The notes under the pieces: model-generated
The model's database searches: none
Told to the model about the DNA's origin: nothing
What the model saw: only the letters and a program-made list of their open reading frames with translations
Source: Alphaproteobacteria bacterium
GTDB lineage: Bacteria; Pseudomonadota; Alphaproteobacteria; SP197
Direction of reading: 5' to 3'
DNA: 64,000 nucleotides
Assembly (NCBI GenBank): GCA_964291415.2
Contig: OZ219918.1
Span: 832,001-896,000, forward strand
Position numbers and translations under genes: made by a program
Shown here: positions 48,506 to 58,819 of the stretch, one piece after another
Layout of the letters: every line of letters starts with the position of its first letter
How positions within the stretch are numbered: the stretch's first letter is position 1

Positions 48506-49515
48506 GCGTGCCTGAGTCGTTCCTGGCGGGCCGACTCAATCATCGGACCAAGAACCTTGTCGTGAAACCTGTCGCAGCCGATGCAGAGATTCCGGTAGGG
48601 ACGGCCCTGCGGAGTGTCGATCTCGGATTCGGCGAGGAAGCGTTCCGTCGTCCAGCCGAACGCGTGTCCCATGGTCTCCGGTTTTCCCCGGTTGATGGCC
48701 TCGTAGACCGGATGATCGCGCAGGCTGTCGATGATGTCATCGAGATGTTCATGAACGAGGTTGCCGATGGGAAAGCGCGTCTTGAGGCAACAGGGATAGA
48801 CATTTCCGGTCGGCTCGATGGAGACCTCCGAACCCGTCCGCCCTTTCTCGAGAAAGTTCAGTCCGCCCGACCAGGCGTTGCAGAAGTTGTCGTCCATACC
48901 GGCACGCGACAGTCCGTTCTTCCAGGCGCGTCCGCGCGGCCACAGCTTGCCGATCCAGGTATCCTCGTTGGCTCCGAAGATGTTGAAGAGAGGCGGGCTG
49001 TCATCACCAGGGGGCCCGTTTCCGGCTTCGCGCACGCCCGCGGCCTCGAACATGGCGAGCAGCTTTTCGCGCAAGGCCCTGGCACGTTCCTCGCGGTTGA
49101 TGCCGACATGGTAGCTGTCGAAGCCGGAGACCGAGACCATGCTCACGTTCCTGGCGAGGAGCTCGTCGAGAATGCGTTCGGTCAGGCGGTCCCCGGTCGT
49201 CTGCACGACGAGGCGCACTTGGCCACGATAGCGGGAATGGATCTGCTCGAGGGCCGGATAGAGCACGGATCGGCGCACCGGCTCCAGCAGCACCTCGCCT
49301 CCCGAGACGATGATGCGTCCCGCCACCGCCTCTCCGGTGGGGGCGGTGACCATCATGCTTCCCGGAAGATGATCGATGATCCGGGGAACATTCGCTTGCG
49401 ACTGCTCCACAACCCGCTGGAGTTCGTCCCGGACATAGGGGCGGAACCGGTCATCGTAGCAATGACGGCAGCGCCGATGGCACAGCCATGTCAGCACAAA
49501 GTAGATCGATTCCAT
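48502..49515 (-). CDS. radical SAM protein with SPASM/twitch-like C-terminus
   Basis: CHRRCRHC (CxxxCxxC), SGGE, FC..GNVYPCC..CIGC. Confidence 0.88.
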   Translation of the reverse strand: MESIYFVLTWLCHRRCRHCYDDRFRPYVRDELQRVVEQSQANVPRIIDHLPGSMMVTAPTGEAVAGRIIVSGGEVLLEPVRRSVLYPALEQIHSRYRGQVRLVVQTTGDRLTERILDELLARNVSMVSVSGFDSYHVGINREERARALREKLLAMFEAAGVREAGNGPPGDDSPPLFNIFGANEDTWIGKLWPRGRAWKNGLSRAGMDDNFCNAWSGGLNFLEKGRTGSEVSIEPTGNVYPCCLKTRFPIGNLVHEHLDDIIDSLRDHPVYEAINRGKPETMGHAFGWTTERFLAESEIDTPQGRPYRNLCIGCDRFHDKVLGPMIESARQERLRHA

Positions 49516-50032
49516 GCGTTGCCGCCCGATGCACAAGGGGAGGCGTCCATATGACCTGCATTTGCCTCATGACGCAACATCGCGCAGGTCGTGCCGCTGC
49601 GCGGCCGTCTGCCGGTCTCGTGCCACAGTTCTGACGCATCATGCTCCGGCCGCATCCTCTCAAGGGCAATGTCCTCGCCTGCAGACGGTCTGCTTGAACC
49701 ACGTCTCCCGCAGGTTGAATGCCGAGCTCGCAGACAAGAATCGTGACTGCGGCCCTGGATCGCGGCTGTCCTCGCAGTTCACAGGGCTGGTCTCTCCATC
49801 GTTGTTGTGGAGGTGACGCGGCGAGGGAGTGATGACACGACACATCCGGGTCAAGGCCGCCTGACGATGCCTGACACGCGGCGTGGCAAGCGAGCGGATG
49901 GGAGGGTGTGACGCCTTGATCGGGTGGGCAAGGCGCATCGCGACGGATGAGCGCTGCGCCTTGTCGTTGAATGAAGGAGCGATCGATCCAGCGACAGGAT
50001 CCCGTTGATCTTCGCGTGCGACTGCGGCAGCA

Positions 50033-50049
50033 TGATTGCATTGCAATCA
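50033..50049. promoter_or_regulatory. perfect palindrome, likely TA autoregulatory operator
   Basis: TGATTGCA-T-TGCAATCA, ending 28 nt upstream of the antitoxin ATG. Confidence 0.6.
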
Positions 50050-50077
50050 GCGCAGGTCTGGATGCCGGGGCAAGGAC

Positions 50078-50320
50078 ATGGCAAGCATTACAATCCGCAA
50101 TCTTGATGACGAGGTGAAAACGCGTCTGCGTGTGCGCGCCGCCGCGCACCATCGCTCCATGGAAGAGGAGGCGCGACAGATTTTGCGGGAGGCAGTCGGA
50201 AAACCGGCCGTTCCGGCAAACCTTGGTGAAGCCATTCATCGCCGTTTCGCCGCATTGGGCGGGGTGGAGCTTGACCTTCCGCCGCGCGAGGGAATGCCTG
50301 AGCCTCCACACTTCGATTGA
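50078..50320 (+). CDS. FitA-like ribbon-helix-helix antitoxin
   Basis: MASITIRNLDDEVKTRLRVRAA.H.RSMEEEARQIL. Confidence 0.9.
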   Translation: MASITIRNLDDEVKTRLRVRAAAHHRSMEEEARQILREAVGKPAVPANLGEAIHRRFAALGGVELDLPPREGMPEPPHFD

Positions 50321-50331
50321 GGCCGGCTTCC

Positions 50332-50754
50332 ATGGTCCTGGTTGATACGTGCCTCATCTCGGAACTGATGCGCTTGTCTCCCGACCCGGCCGTTCTGGAT
50401 TGGTTTGGCAGCAGAGATGCAGCCGACCTGTATTTCAGCGCGGTCGGCGAGGCAGAACTGCGGCGCGGCGTAGCCATCATGCCCGAAGGCAAGCGCCGCC
50501 AAGGCCTCGTGGCAGAGATCGACGCGATGATCGCGGACGATTTCAGGGAACGGGTGTTGCCCTTCGACAGCGCAGCTTCCGTCGCCTTCGCGGCCATTTT
50601 CGCCCGGCGTCACGCCGCCGGTCGACCTATCGGGTTCGCCGATTGTCAGATCGCCGGAATTGCGTATTCACGGAGGATGGCTGTGGCAACGCGCAATGTT
50701 CGCGACTTCGAGGACCTCGGCCTCGACATCGTCAACCCCTGGACGGTGGCTTGA
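50332..50754 (+). CDS. vapC: VapC/FitB PIN-domain toxin
   Basis: LVDTCLISE, EAELRRG, DCQIA, ATRNVRDF. Confidence 0.9.
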   Translation: MVLVDTCLISELMRLSPDPAVLDWFGSRDAADLYFSAVGEAELRRGVAIMPEGKRRQGLVAEIDAMIADDFRERVLPFDSAASVAFAAIFARRHAAGRPIGFADCQIAGIAYSRRMAVATRNVRDFEDLGLDIVNPWTVA

Positions 50755-50922
50755 GCAGTACGGCGCATACCCTCGCGCATCAAGATTGACCCGCTGCTCA
50801 AGAACAAAGGCTGGAACACGGCACAGGCAAGGCCCTGGACGATCCCGTGCCATCCTCCTTGATGGTGACCCAGCCGCCATCCACCCGCCCCGGTACCATG
50901 TGAGAGTGCCGCATGGGTGACC

Positions 50923-52206
50923 TCAGCGCTCTTCGTTTCTCCGTTCGTGCAGGGAGGCGTCGAGGATTTCGACGGGATGCACGCACGGCACGCCGGTGGA
51001 TGCGGTGATGTGCCACCGGCAGGTCTCGCTGTCGCAGACGACGGCATCCGGTGCAGAGTCGGCAATCCTGTCGATCAGGGTCTGACCGACCGCCGTGGCG
51101 ATGTCGTAGCGGTCACGGTCGTAGCCGTAGGTGCCGGCTACGCCGCAGCAATCCGATTCGGAGACCTCAATCGACAGGGATGGCACGAGACGAAGCAGTT
51201 CGAGCGCCGGCACGCCCATGTCATGACCGCGCAGCTGACATGGACCGTGATAGAGAATGCGCCGGGGCAGCGGGCTGAGGACCGAAGGCAATCGATCGAG
51301 GTGGCGGTCGCGCAGGAATTCACAAATGTCGGTGACGGCATTCGCTACCGACCGTGCGTCGTCATCGTGCAGATCGAGATAGGCAGCGTACTTCTTCCGA
51401 AGCGTCAGGCTGCAGCTGGTCGAGGTACACAGGATGGGTCTTCCCGCACCGGCCGCGGGAGCGAGGCCGCGAACAACGCCGTCGGCCCGGTGACGCGCGG
51501 CGCTCCATTCGCCGCTTGACAGCATGGGCAGCGAACAGCACGCATCCGTCGGCGCTTCGACCGCATATCCGAGTCGATTCAGCACCCGGACCGCCGCGAT
51601 CCCGACTTCGGCGTCGTAGTGGGCGACCGCGCATCCCGTGTAGTAGGCGACGACAGGGCCGTCAGGCTGACGACGCGTCGACAGCCAGCGGCGGAATGCG
51701 GAACCGGAGACCTGCGGTAGAGGCGCGTCCCGGTGAATGCCGAGCAGGCGATGGACGACCGCACGCAGCAATCGGTTGCCCAGCAGGCGGTTGGCGAGAG
51801 CGGGGACGGCACCGAACACCCGGCCGATCACGTCGGGCCGGTTCAGAAGGCGTTGACGGAGAGGGGGAGTGTCGCCGGCGTCAACGGCAGCCGCTCTGGC
51901 GATGGTGATGATATCGGAGATCGCGACTCCGTTCGGACAGACGCTCGTGCAGATTCCGCAGCCGCTGCACAGTCTCGACGATCGTTCTTCGACGGTATCG
52001 ATGACACGAAACCGCTGTGCTTGCGGTCCGGTGTACTTTGGTCCCGGGAAGAGTTCCGTGACCGATGCGACGGGGCAGTAGGCTCGACAGATGCCACACT
52101 TGGTGCAGTGGTCCATGGTCCGGAGCACCGCGTCGAGACCGAGTTCGTGGCGCTCGTCGGCAGGGCGGCTCGCGGGAGCGGGAGGCGATGACCCGGGCAT
52201 CGTCAT
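50923..52206 (-). CDS. anaerobic glycerol-3-phosphate dehydrogenase subunit C-like Fe-S protein
   Basis: CTKCGIC...CP, FPGPKYTGP, CSGCGIC...CP, two CCG-type domains. Confidence 0.85.
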   Translation of the reverse strand: MTMPGSSPPAPASRPADERHELGLDAVLRTMDHCTKCGICRAYCPVASVTELFPGPKYTGPQAQRFRVIDTVEERSSRLCSGCGICTSVCPNGVAISDIITIARAAAVDAGDTPPLRQRLLNRPDVIGRVFGAVPALANRLLGNRLLRAVVHRLLGIHRDAPLPQVSGSAFRRWLSTRRQPDGPVVAYYTGCAVAHYDAEVGIAAVRVLNRLGYAVEAPTDACCSLPMLSSGEWSAARHRADGVVRGLAPAAGAGRPILCTSTSCSLTLRKKYAAYLDLHDDDARSVANAVTDICEFLRDRHLDRLPSVLSPLPRRILYHGPCQLRGHDMGVPALELLRLVPSLSIEVSESDCCGVAGTYGYDRDRYDIATAVGQTLIDRIADSAPDAVVCDSETCRWHITASTGVPCVHPVEILDASLHERRNEER

Positions 52207-53696
52207 TCCTCGGCCATCTCGCAGACGATACCGACACATCGGCGCCATTCGGTCCACGCGCCTTCGCGCTCGTCGGCTCCCAGTGCCGGTTCGAACGTCG
52301 TTGCGCTCACCGGCATGGCGGCAACGTCCGCCGTGGTAAGCTGTTTCGCTCCGATGCCCGCGAGCAATGCTGCGCCGAGGGCCGTCATGTCGGGTTCGTC
52401 CGAGACCCTGATGGGAACTGCGAGCAGGTCGGCCTGGCGTTGCATCAAGTAGCGGTTCGCTGTCGGTCCGCCATCAGCCCGCACTTCGTCGAGGCCGCCG
52501 CCCAGGCGTTCATCAAGCGCCTGCACGATGCCTGCGCACTGGAACGCGATTCCATCGAGGAGGGCCCGGGCGAGGTGTCCGACACCGGTATCGAGGCCGA
52601 TGCCAAAGGTGCATGCGCGGGCGCTCGTTTTCCAGTACGGCGCGGACAGGCCCGCGAGACTGGGTACCATCACGACTCCGCCGCTGTTCGGGACGCTCTC
52701 GGCCAGGCTCGAGGAACCGGCTGCCGACGGGAGAAGGCCGACGTCCACAGCCCAGTCGATCGCCGAGCCGACGGAGAACACCCCGCCTTCGATCGTGTAG
52801 TCGACACCGGCGCCCAGGTCCCAGGCGATGAACACCGCCAGCCTGCCGTCTGGTGCGACTGGATCGCGACAGGTGTTGACTTCGATGAAGGCGCCGGTGC
52901 CATAGGTGGCCTTGACGACCGAGGAATCCCAGCACCCCTGCGCAAACAGCGCCGCATGGGCGTCGACGGCGTCGGCCGTGATTCGGACCGTTGGGGCGTC
53001 GATCTCCGGATGACTGATCACCCCGAAGTCGCCGACAGTTGGTCGGACCTCCGGAAGCAAGTCGATGTCGAGGCCGAACGCATCCAGCAGATCGGGGTCC
53101 CATTGTGCCTGGTACAGGTTGAGCAGCGCAGTGCGCGATCCGGTAGCCGCGTCCGTGGCGTGCACGGCGCCGCCGGTCAACCGCTCGATCACGTAGGAGT
53201 CGGTGCCGCCGAGTCTGAGCGAGCCGTCTGCCCGCGCGGTGGCTACGTCGTCGACGGATTCGATCAGCCATCGGAACTTCGAGGCGGAGAAGTAGGGGTC
53301 AAGAAGGATCCCGGTCCGGTCACGGACCAGATCTCCGACCCCGTCACGGGCGAGCGCATCGCACATGGCGGCCGTTCGTCGATCTTCCCATGAGATCGCG
53401 GGAGCGAGTCCGTTACTTCCTCCCGCCGACCACGCCATGCTGGTTTCGCCCTGATTGGCGATTCCGACTCCCGCAACGTCGCGCCACGTACGGCCCGCCG
53501 CCTCCAGCGCGGCCGCGGCTGCCCCGATGCTGGTCGCCAGGAAGTCTTCGGGGTCGTGTTCGACCCAACCGGGCCGGGGTGTGCGCTTCGGCATCGGAAC
53601 CGAATGGGTGGCGAGTTTTCCGACATGGGGATCGAAGACGAGGGCCGTGGTCGTCGAACCGCCGTGGTCGATTCCGACATAGAGTCCGCTTTCCAT
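52203..53696 (-). CDS. FGGY carbohydrate kinase, divergent glycerol-kinase paralog
   Basis: DHGGSTT, NQGET, WEDRRT, DPYFSASK, KATYGTG, DGG. Confidence 0.85.
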   Translation of the reverse strand: MESGLYVGIDHGGSTTTALVFDPHVGKLATHSVPMPKRTPRPGWVEHDPEDFLATSIGAAAAALEAAGRTWRDVAGVGIANQGETSMAWSAGGSNGLAPAISWEDRRTAAMCDALARDGVGDLVRDRTGILLDPYFSASKFRWLIESVDDVATARADGSLRLGGTDSYVIERLTGGAVHATDAATGSRTALLNLYQAQWDPDLLDAFGLDIDLLPEVRPTVGDFGVISHPEIDAPTVRITADAVDAHAALFAQGCWDSSVVKATYGTGAFIEVNTCRDPVAPDGRLAVFIAWDLGAGVDYTIEGGVFSVGSAIDWAVDVGLLPSAAGSSSLAESVPNSGGVVMVPSLAGLSAPYWKTSARACTFGIGLDTGVGHLARALLDGIAFQCAGIVQALDERLGGGLDEVRADGGPTANRYLMQRQADLLAVPIRVSDEPDMTALGAALLAGIGAKQLTTADVAAMPVSATTFEPALGADEREGAWTEWRRCVGIVCEMAEE

Positions 53697-53699
53697 CAC

Positions 53700-54941
53700 C
53701 TATCCCTCCAGGTACGCATGGGCCGACCGGGCGGCGAGCCAGCCGGTGACGATGGCGACGCCTTCCGCGGACGCTTCCAGTGCGGGATTCCAGTGGGCAA
53801 GCGTTTGGCCCGTGACGTAGACGTTCTCGAGCGATCGCGATTCGGAAGTCAGTGGCCGCAGCGCGTAGTCGGTTTCCACTCCGGTGCGATGCAGGGCGTC
53901 CAACGATGCGCCGGCGTTCGCGGCGTTCAGGGGCGCCGTCTGCCGGACCGGAAGATCGAAAACCGTTTCCCGAATTTCGCCGCGGGATTCCACGTTGAGT
54001 CCGCCCATGGCGACGCCTCCGGTGGCAACGATGAACGCTGACGCGGTGTGCACGCGCCCGGCGGTGTCAACGACATCGATAGGATGTCCGTCCTCCGCCT
54101 TCGTCCCGGTCACGCGGGTGCCGATGTGGATGGGGGTGCCTTGTCCTGCGATAGCGCGATCCATCGTCCGCTGCAGACGCATCCCGGGAACGCTCGGCGG
54201 CAGGGTCGGCACCTCAAGGCACGGCCTGCCGAGTGCCTGCTCGGCGGACCGCCTGACGCGGGCATGGTCGGAGATGCCCAACACGGCCGGGAACAGGATC
54301 AATTCCGCGGAATCCGGCATCCGGGACCCGAGGTCGCGGAAATAGCCGCAAAGATCGGGGTGACGATCGAAGCTGCGGGCGAGGTCGACCGACTCGGATC
54401 CGCCGCCGGGCGGAGGCGCCTCGATGACCACGACGTCCGATCCCAGGCGGCGCAGTCCATTTGCGGTCAGGTCGGCGGGAAAGTCGCGGTGGGAGCGAAA
54501 ACGCACGACGGCAGCCCTTCGGCCCTCAATCGCCGCCACGAGCGCCTGCGAAGGAGTCGGGCCGTACGTTGGAACGCCGAGGCCGGCGGGGGTGAGCGTC
54601 TGAACATTGCAGCCGTTTCGGTTGAATCCCGCGCCGATTCCGTCGGTGGCGGAGAAGAACCACTCCAGGGCATCCTGAATCACCGATTCACCGACAATGC
54701 GGTATGGATGCCGTGCGTGGAGGTCCGGCATGCCTTGGCCGGGCGACGAGAGAATCCCGCCATTGGCGTCGAACCCGCCGGCACAGCATGCGTACCCGAG
54801 TACGCGGATGCCGCCTGGCGCATAGTGCAGCGAGCCCCGCCCCGCGGAGAGAATTCGCACCGAACGACCGAGTTCCAGCAACCGCAACGCGGCGACGAGT
54901 GCGTCGAGCTCGTTGCCGACGATGACGACATCGGACTTCAT
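53700..54941 (-). CDS. anaerobic glycerol-3-phosphate dehydrogenase subunit B-like
   Basis: HPYR.VG, PAVLG, EVPTLPPSVPGMRL, ATGG, GVAIVTG. Confidence 0.85.
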   Translation of the reverse strand: MKSDVVIVGNELDALVAALRLLELGRSVRILSAGRGSLHYAPGGIRVLGYACCAGGFDANGGILSSPGQGMPDLHARHPYRIVGESVIQDALEWFFSATDGIGAGFNRNGCNVQTLTPAGLGVPTYGPTPSQALVAAIEGRRAAVVRFRSHRDFPADLTANGLRRLGSDVVVIEAPPPGGGSESVDLARSFDRHPDLCGYFRDLGSRMPDSAELILFPAVLGISDHARVRRSAEQALGRPCLEVPTLPPSVPGMRLQRTMDRAIAGQGTPIHIGTRVTGTKAEDGHPIDVVDTAGRVHTASAFIVATGGVAMGGLNVESRGEIRETVFDLPVRQTAPLNAANAGASLDALHRTGVETDYALRPLTSESRSLENVYVTGQTLAHWNPALEASAEGVAIVTGWLAARSAHAYLEG

Positions 54942-56506
54942 CGGTAGTCGTCCGTCGGCAGGAGATCGTCGGTCAGGCGGATTCCGAGGATGTCGCGGTG
55001 CACGGTGTCGCTCAGCAGCGCCTGCCGTGCCTGATCACCCCACGCGGTCTTGCAGACTCCCTTGAGACGTTCCGTCCAGAATCGACCAATTGACTCTTCG
55101 GCGGAGAAGTCCGTGTCGGCATTCGCAAGAAGGTCGGCGGCGCGCACGGCACAGAAGGTGCCTTGACAGGGTCCGAACCCGATACGCAGGCGCCGACGCA
55201 GGTCATGCAGTCGGGAGATGCTCGCGTCCCCGATCGCTTCGGTGACGGTCGACCGATCGACCGCTTCGCACTCGCAGAGTGTCCTCGCCTGGGTCTGCGT
55301 CGCCTCGGCGGTCATGTGACCGGCGACGGGACGCCAGGCGGCTTCACGGCGCTTCGGGGCGACCGGGGACGTTGCGGTCAGGCAGGTTGTAGTGATGCCG
55401 AAGTGCCGGCAGACAAGGTCGGCCACGTCTTCGGCCATGGACCGGTGCGTGGTCAGCGAACCGCCACACACGGTGAAGAACCCACGGGCACCGCCATTCG
55501 CGTGGTCGATGACCATGTGCCGCCGCGGCAGGGGTTTCCCGGGAGGCCAGTCCGGCAGTTTCACGAGCGGCCTCACGCCGGCCCAGGCGCGAAACGCGCG
55601 GCGATCCCGAATCCCCGGCAAGAGCGGCTCGGCGCCGTCCAGGAGTTCCTGAACTTCTGTCGGCTTGACCAGGGTCGTGTCCGGACTGTCAACCACCTCC
55701 GATGTCGTGCCGAACAGCGATACGGTTCCGGTCGGCACGATGATGTCGTGACTGCCTGCGGGGCGGCAGCGGTTGATGACCTGTCCGACAAATCGGTGGG
55801 AGAGGACGATGATGGCGCCCTTGGTCATTTCCAGCTCGACGCACTGGCCCGCTAGGGCTGCGACCCGGCCCGACCAGGCGCCGGCGGCGCTGATGACAGC
55901 GTCGGTCTCGATTCGTGTTTCGCCACCGGCGCCGGCGATTCGCACTGCGCGGACAACGCCACCAAAGACGTCGATTCCGGTGACCTGATGCCGGGTCAGC
56001 ACCTTCCCGCCGCGCCGGGTCACGTCTTCAGAGAGGCGGTTCACGAGTCGCCATGGATCGATGGTCGCGTCGGGAACCGAGAAGGCGCGGCGGATGCTGC
56101 GACTGATGCAGGGTTCTTCTGCCATGACACGGTCGGGATCGAGCTCTTCGCAGGGAATGGCCGCCTGCCTGCATCCCTCGATAAAGCGTTCCGGAAACTC
56201 GGGAGGATCTTCGTCGAGGGACACGAACAGGCCTCCCGTGCTCTCGACCGCGTCGGGGACGACTTCGGCCACAGTCCGACGCTCGCGCATGCACTCCGCG
56301 GCATAACCCGAATCGGAAACCGCGTAGCGGGCGCCGCTCTGCAGCATGCCGTGGAATCGGCTGCTGGTGCCGGAGCCAAGGTCGCCGAACTCGACCAGGG
56401 TGACGTTGAGGCCCCGCATTACGAGGTCGCGGGCAACGGCACAACCCGTGGCACCCCCGCCGATAACGACGACCCGCAGGTGACGGTGTGGTGTGGAACT
56501 CGTCAT
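54938..56506 (-). CDS. anaerobic glycerol-3-phosphate dehydrogenase subunit A-like flavoprotein
   Basis: GGGATG, HGMLQSGARYAV, INRCRP, AGVRPL, C-terminal CECE..GPCQG.FC. Confidence 0.85.
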   Translation of the reverse strand: MTSSTPHRHLRVVVIGGGATGCAVARDLVMRGLNVTLVEFGDLGSGTSSRFHGMLQSGARYAVSDSGYAAECMRERRTVAEVVPDAVESTGGLFVSLDEDPPEFPERFIEGCRQAAIPCEELDPDRVMAEEPCISRSIRRAFSVPDATIDPWRLVNRLSEDVTRRGGKVLTRHQVTGIDVFGGVVRAVRIAGAGGETRIETDAVISAAGAWSGRVAALAGQCVELEMTKGAIIVLSHRFVGQVINRCRPAGSHDIIVPTGTVSLFGTTSEVVDSPDTTLVKPTEVQELLDGAEPLLPGIRDRRAFRAWAGVRPLVKLPDWPPGKPLPRRHMVIDHANGGARGFFTVCGGSLTTHRSMAEDVADLVCRHFGITTTCLTATSPVAPKRREAAWRPVAGHMTAEATQTQARTLCECEAVDRSTVTEAIGDASISRLHDLRRRLRIGFGPCQGTFCAVRAADLLANADTDFSAEESIGRFWTERLKGVCKTAWGDQARQALLSDTVHRDILGIRLTDDLLPTDDYR

Positions 56507-56507
56507 G

Positions 56508-58523
56508 TCATGCCACGGCCGTTGAGCGGAGCCCAAGTTCGAGCTTGCGGCGCTCGGCCCAGGCGTTGATCAAGCGATCAGCGGCGATCGCGATGAATGC
56601 CACGCAGATACCCGCGGTGACGCCCCGTCCGGGATCGACCTTGGAGAGGGCGATCAACGTTTCCTGCCCCAGATCCCGCGTTCCGACAAGCGCCGTGATC
56701 ACCAGCATGCTGAGCCCCATCATCAGAGTCTGGTTCACTCCGAGCATGATGTCGGGCAATGCCAGCGGCAGCTGCACGCGCCGCAGTATCTGGCCGCGGG
56801 TGCAACCCATGGCCCGAGCCGCCTCGACGAGGTTCGAGGGCACCTGGCGAATGCCGCTGTCCGTGTAGCGAATTGCCGGCACGATCGCGTAGAGCACGAT
56901 GGCGATCATTGCGGAGAAGTCGCCGACACTGAACAGCATGATCACGGGAATCAGGTACACGAACGCTGGAAGCGTCTGCAGAGTATCGATGACGACCTGC
57001 ACGATCTGGTGAACTCTCTCGTTTCCGGCTGCCACGATGCCGATGGGAATGCCGATCAGACTGGCGAGGAACACGCAGACGCCGACGAGGTAGGCGGAAA
57101 TCATCGCCTTTTCCCACAGCCCCACGGCGGCGATGAAGGCGATCAGGGAAGTGCTCAGAATCGCCAGACGAACGCCGCCCAGGTGGAATCCGATGGCGCT
57201 CACCACCAACACGACGCTGAGCCAGGGCAGGGACAGCATGAAGCTCTTGAACGGCTTCAGGAGGTAGATGAAGAATGCGTCCCGGACGGCGCCGATGTAC
57301 ACGTAGAGATTGATGTTGATCCAGTCGATGATGGTGTCCCAGAACCGGCCGGTGGTGACCGTCCAGTTCTCCGGAATCTGGGCGAATGCGGGAATCCAAA
57401 TTCCGGCGACCGTGACGGCGATGCCGAAAAACACGGCTCCCGCGAGCAGATGGGATCCGGCGATGCGTCCGTGCCCCCGTGTGCTGTGGGCGGGACGGCG
57501 GGCGGCGAGACGCTGACTCATGCGGTCCAACACGATGGCGACCAGAGTGATGGAGATTCCCGCTTCGGCACCCTGCCCGATTCGGAGCGCCTTCAGGGAC
57601 TGCCAGACATCGAACCCGAGGCCTCCGGCCCCGATCATCGATGCGATGATCACCATGTTCAGCGTCAGCATGATCACCTGGTTGACGCCAACCATGACGC
57701 GCGGCCGAACTGACGGCAACATCACCTTCCACATCATTTGCCGGCGCGAGCAACCGGCCATGCGGCCGAATTCCATGACCTCGCTGCTCACCTGGGACAG
57801 CGCGACCCTGGTCACCCGCGCCATGGGAGGCAGGGCATAGATCAGCGTAACCACCATGGCGGCGGCGGGTCCGTAACCGAACAGCATCAGCGCGGGCACG
57901 AGGTAGGCGAACACCGGCATCGTCTGCATGAAGTCGAACACCGGTGTCAGTATCCGCTCGACTGCCCGCCACCGATGTGCCGCGATACCGAGTGCGACAC
58001 CCGTTGCGATTCCGATCATCACGGCGACGATGATGGATGCGAATGTCAGCATGGTGCTGTGCCACAGCCCGATGAACGCGACGTAGAGAAAGGACAGCGT
58101 GATGAACGCGGTCAAACGCCCGCTGCCCAGGGACGCTCCCAGCGCGGCGAACACCGCAATCAGGCCCAGCCACGAAAGGGGCGGAACGTGGATGGCCGAC
58201 CCGTCGCCGCCGTCGAACGTGAATCCGGTGGCGAGCAGTCCCTTGAGGAACAGCATCGGAGCCTCGAGCACGGTCCCGAACCCGCGGGTCAACTCCTTGA
58301 ACGTGAACAGACCGAAATCAGCTTCGTTTACCAGCCAGTTGATTGATCGGGTCAACCCGTCAGCGACAGGCACGACCCAGCCGCCGGGATACACGTCGAT
58401 CCAGGGAAGCACAGGAGCGAGGAGTGCGATCAGGGTGGTCGCGACGGCCGCAAGGGCAATCAGCAGCGCGCCTCGGCCGGGCCGAAAGGGAAATGATGGG
58501 CGATGTGCGCCAACGGCCGTCAT
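56508..58523 (-). CDS. glycine betaine/proline-type ABC permease, two fused TM modules
   Basis: two copies of QTxP.F.YL.P and GVNQ motifs; 671 aa. Confidence 0.9.
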   Translation of the reverse strand: MTAVGAHRPSFPFRPGRGALLIALAAVATTLIALLAPVLPWIDVYPGGWVVPVADGLTRSINWLVNEADFGLFTFKELTRGFGTVLEAPMLFLKGLLATGFTFDGGDGSAIHVPPLSWLGLIAVFAALGASLGSGRLTAFITLSFLYVAFIGLWHSTMLTFASIIVAVMIGIATGVALGIAAHRWRAVERILTPVFDFMQTMPVFAYLVPALMLFGYGPAAAMVVTLIYALPPMARVTRVALSQVSSEVMEFGRMAGCSRRQMMWKVMLPSVRPRVMVGVNQVIMLTLNMVIIASMIGAGGLGFDVWQSLKALRIGQGAEAGISITLVAIVLDRMSQRLAARRPAHSTRGHGRIAGSHLLAGAVFFGIAVTVAGIWIPAFAQIPENWTVTTGRFWDTIIDWININLYVYIGAVRDAFFIYLLKPFKSFMLSLPWLSVVLVVSAIGFHLGGVRLAILSTSLIAFIAAVGLWEKAMISAYLVGVCVFLASLIGIPIGIVAAGNERVHQIVQVVIDTLQTLPAFVYLIPVIMLFSVGDFSAMIAIVLYAIVPAIRYTDSGIRQVPSNLVEAARAMGCTRGQILRRVQLPLALPDIMLGVNQTLMMGLSMLVITALVGTRDLGQETLIALSKVDPGRGVTAGICVAFIAIAADRLINAWAERRKLELGLRSTAVA

Positions 58524-58819
58524 CGGCCGCGATCGATGTCCGACGGTCCGTCGCGTTGAACAACGCTCATGATCTTCTACCCGGCTACCCGGTACGCTGG
58601 AATGCAGGGTACTCCGGCAAGCGGCGCGGAAACCATGTTTCGGCCGGCAGTCGCAAGAGTCCGGACGGGAAGGCAGTGAGCCCGAGAGACGTCATGGCGT
58701 CCGGGATGGCCGGCTGGTTCAGGGCGCATCGCAGGCTCCTGCTCGGGAGGCCGGCGCCGGACCTTCGTCCGGCGCCGGCCTCCCGAACCGAACCGCCCTG
58801 TCGTGCTCTGAGAACGGAC

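Noticed and set aside
49520-50030. Possible RiPP precursor or ncRNA upstream of the radical SAM gene
   Set aside because: No convincing small ORF with RBS or recognisable RNA motif
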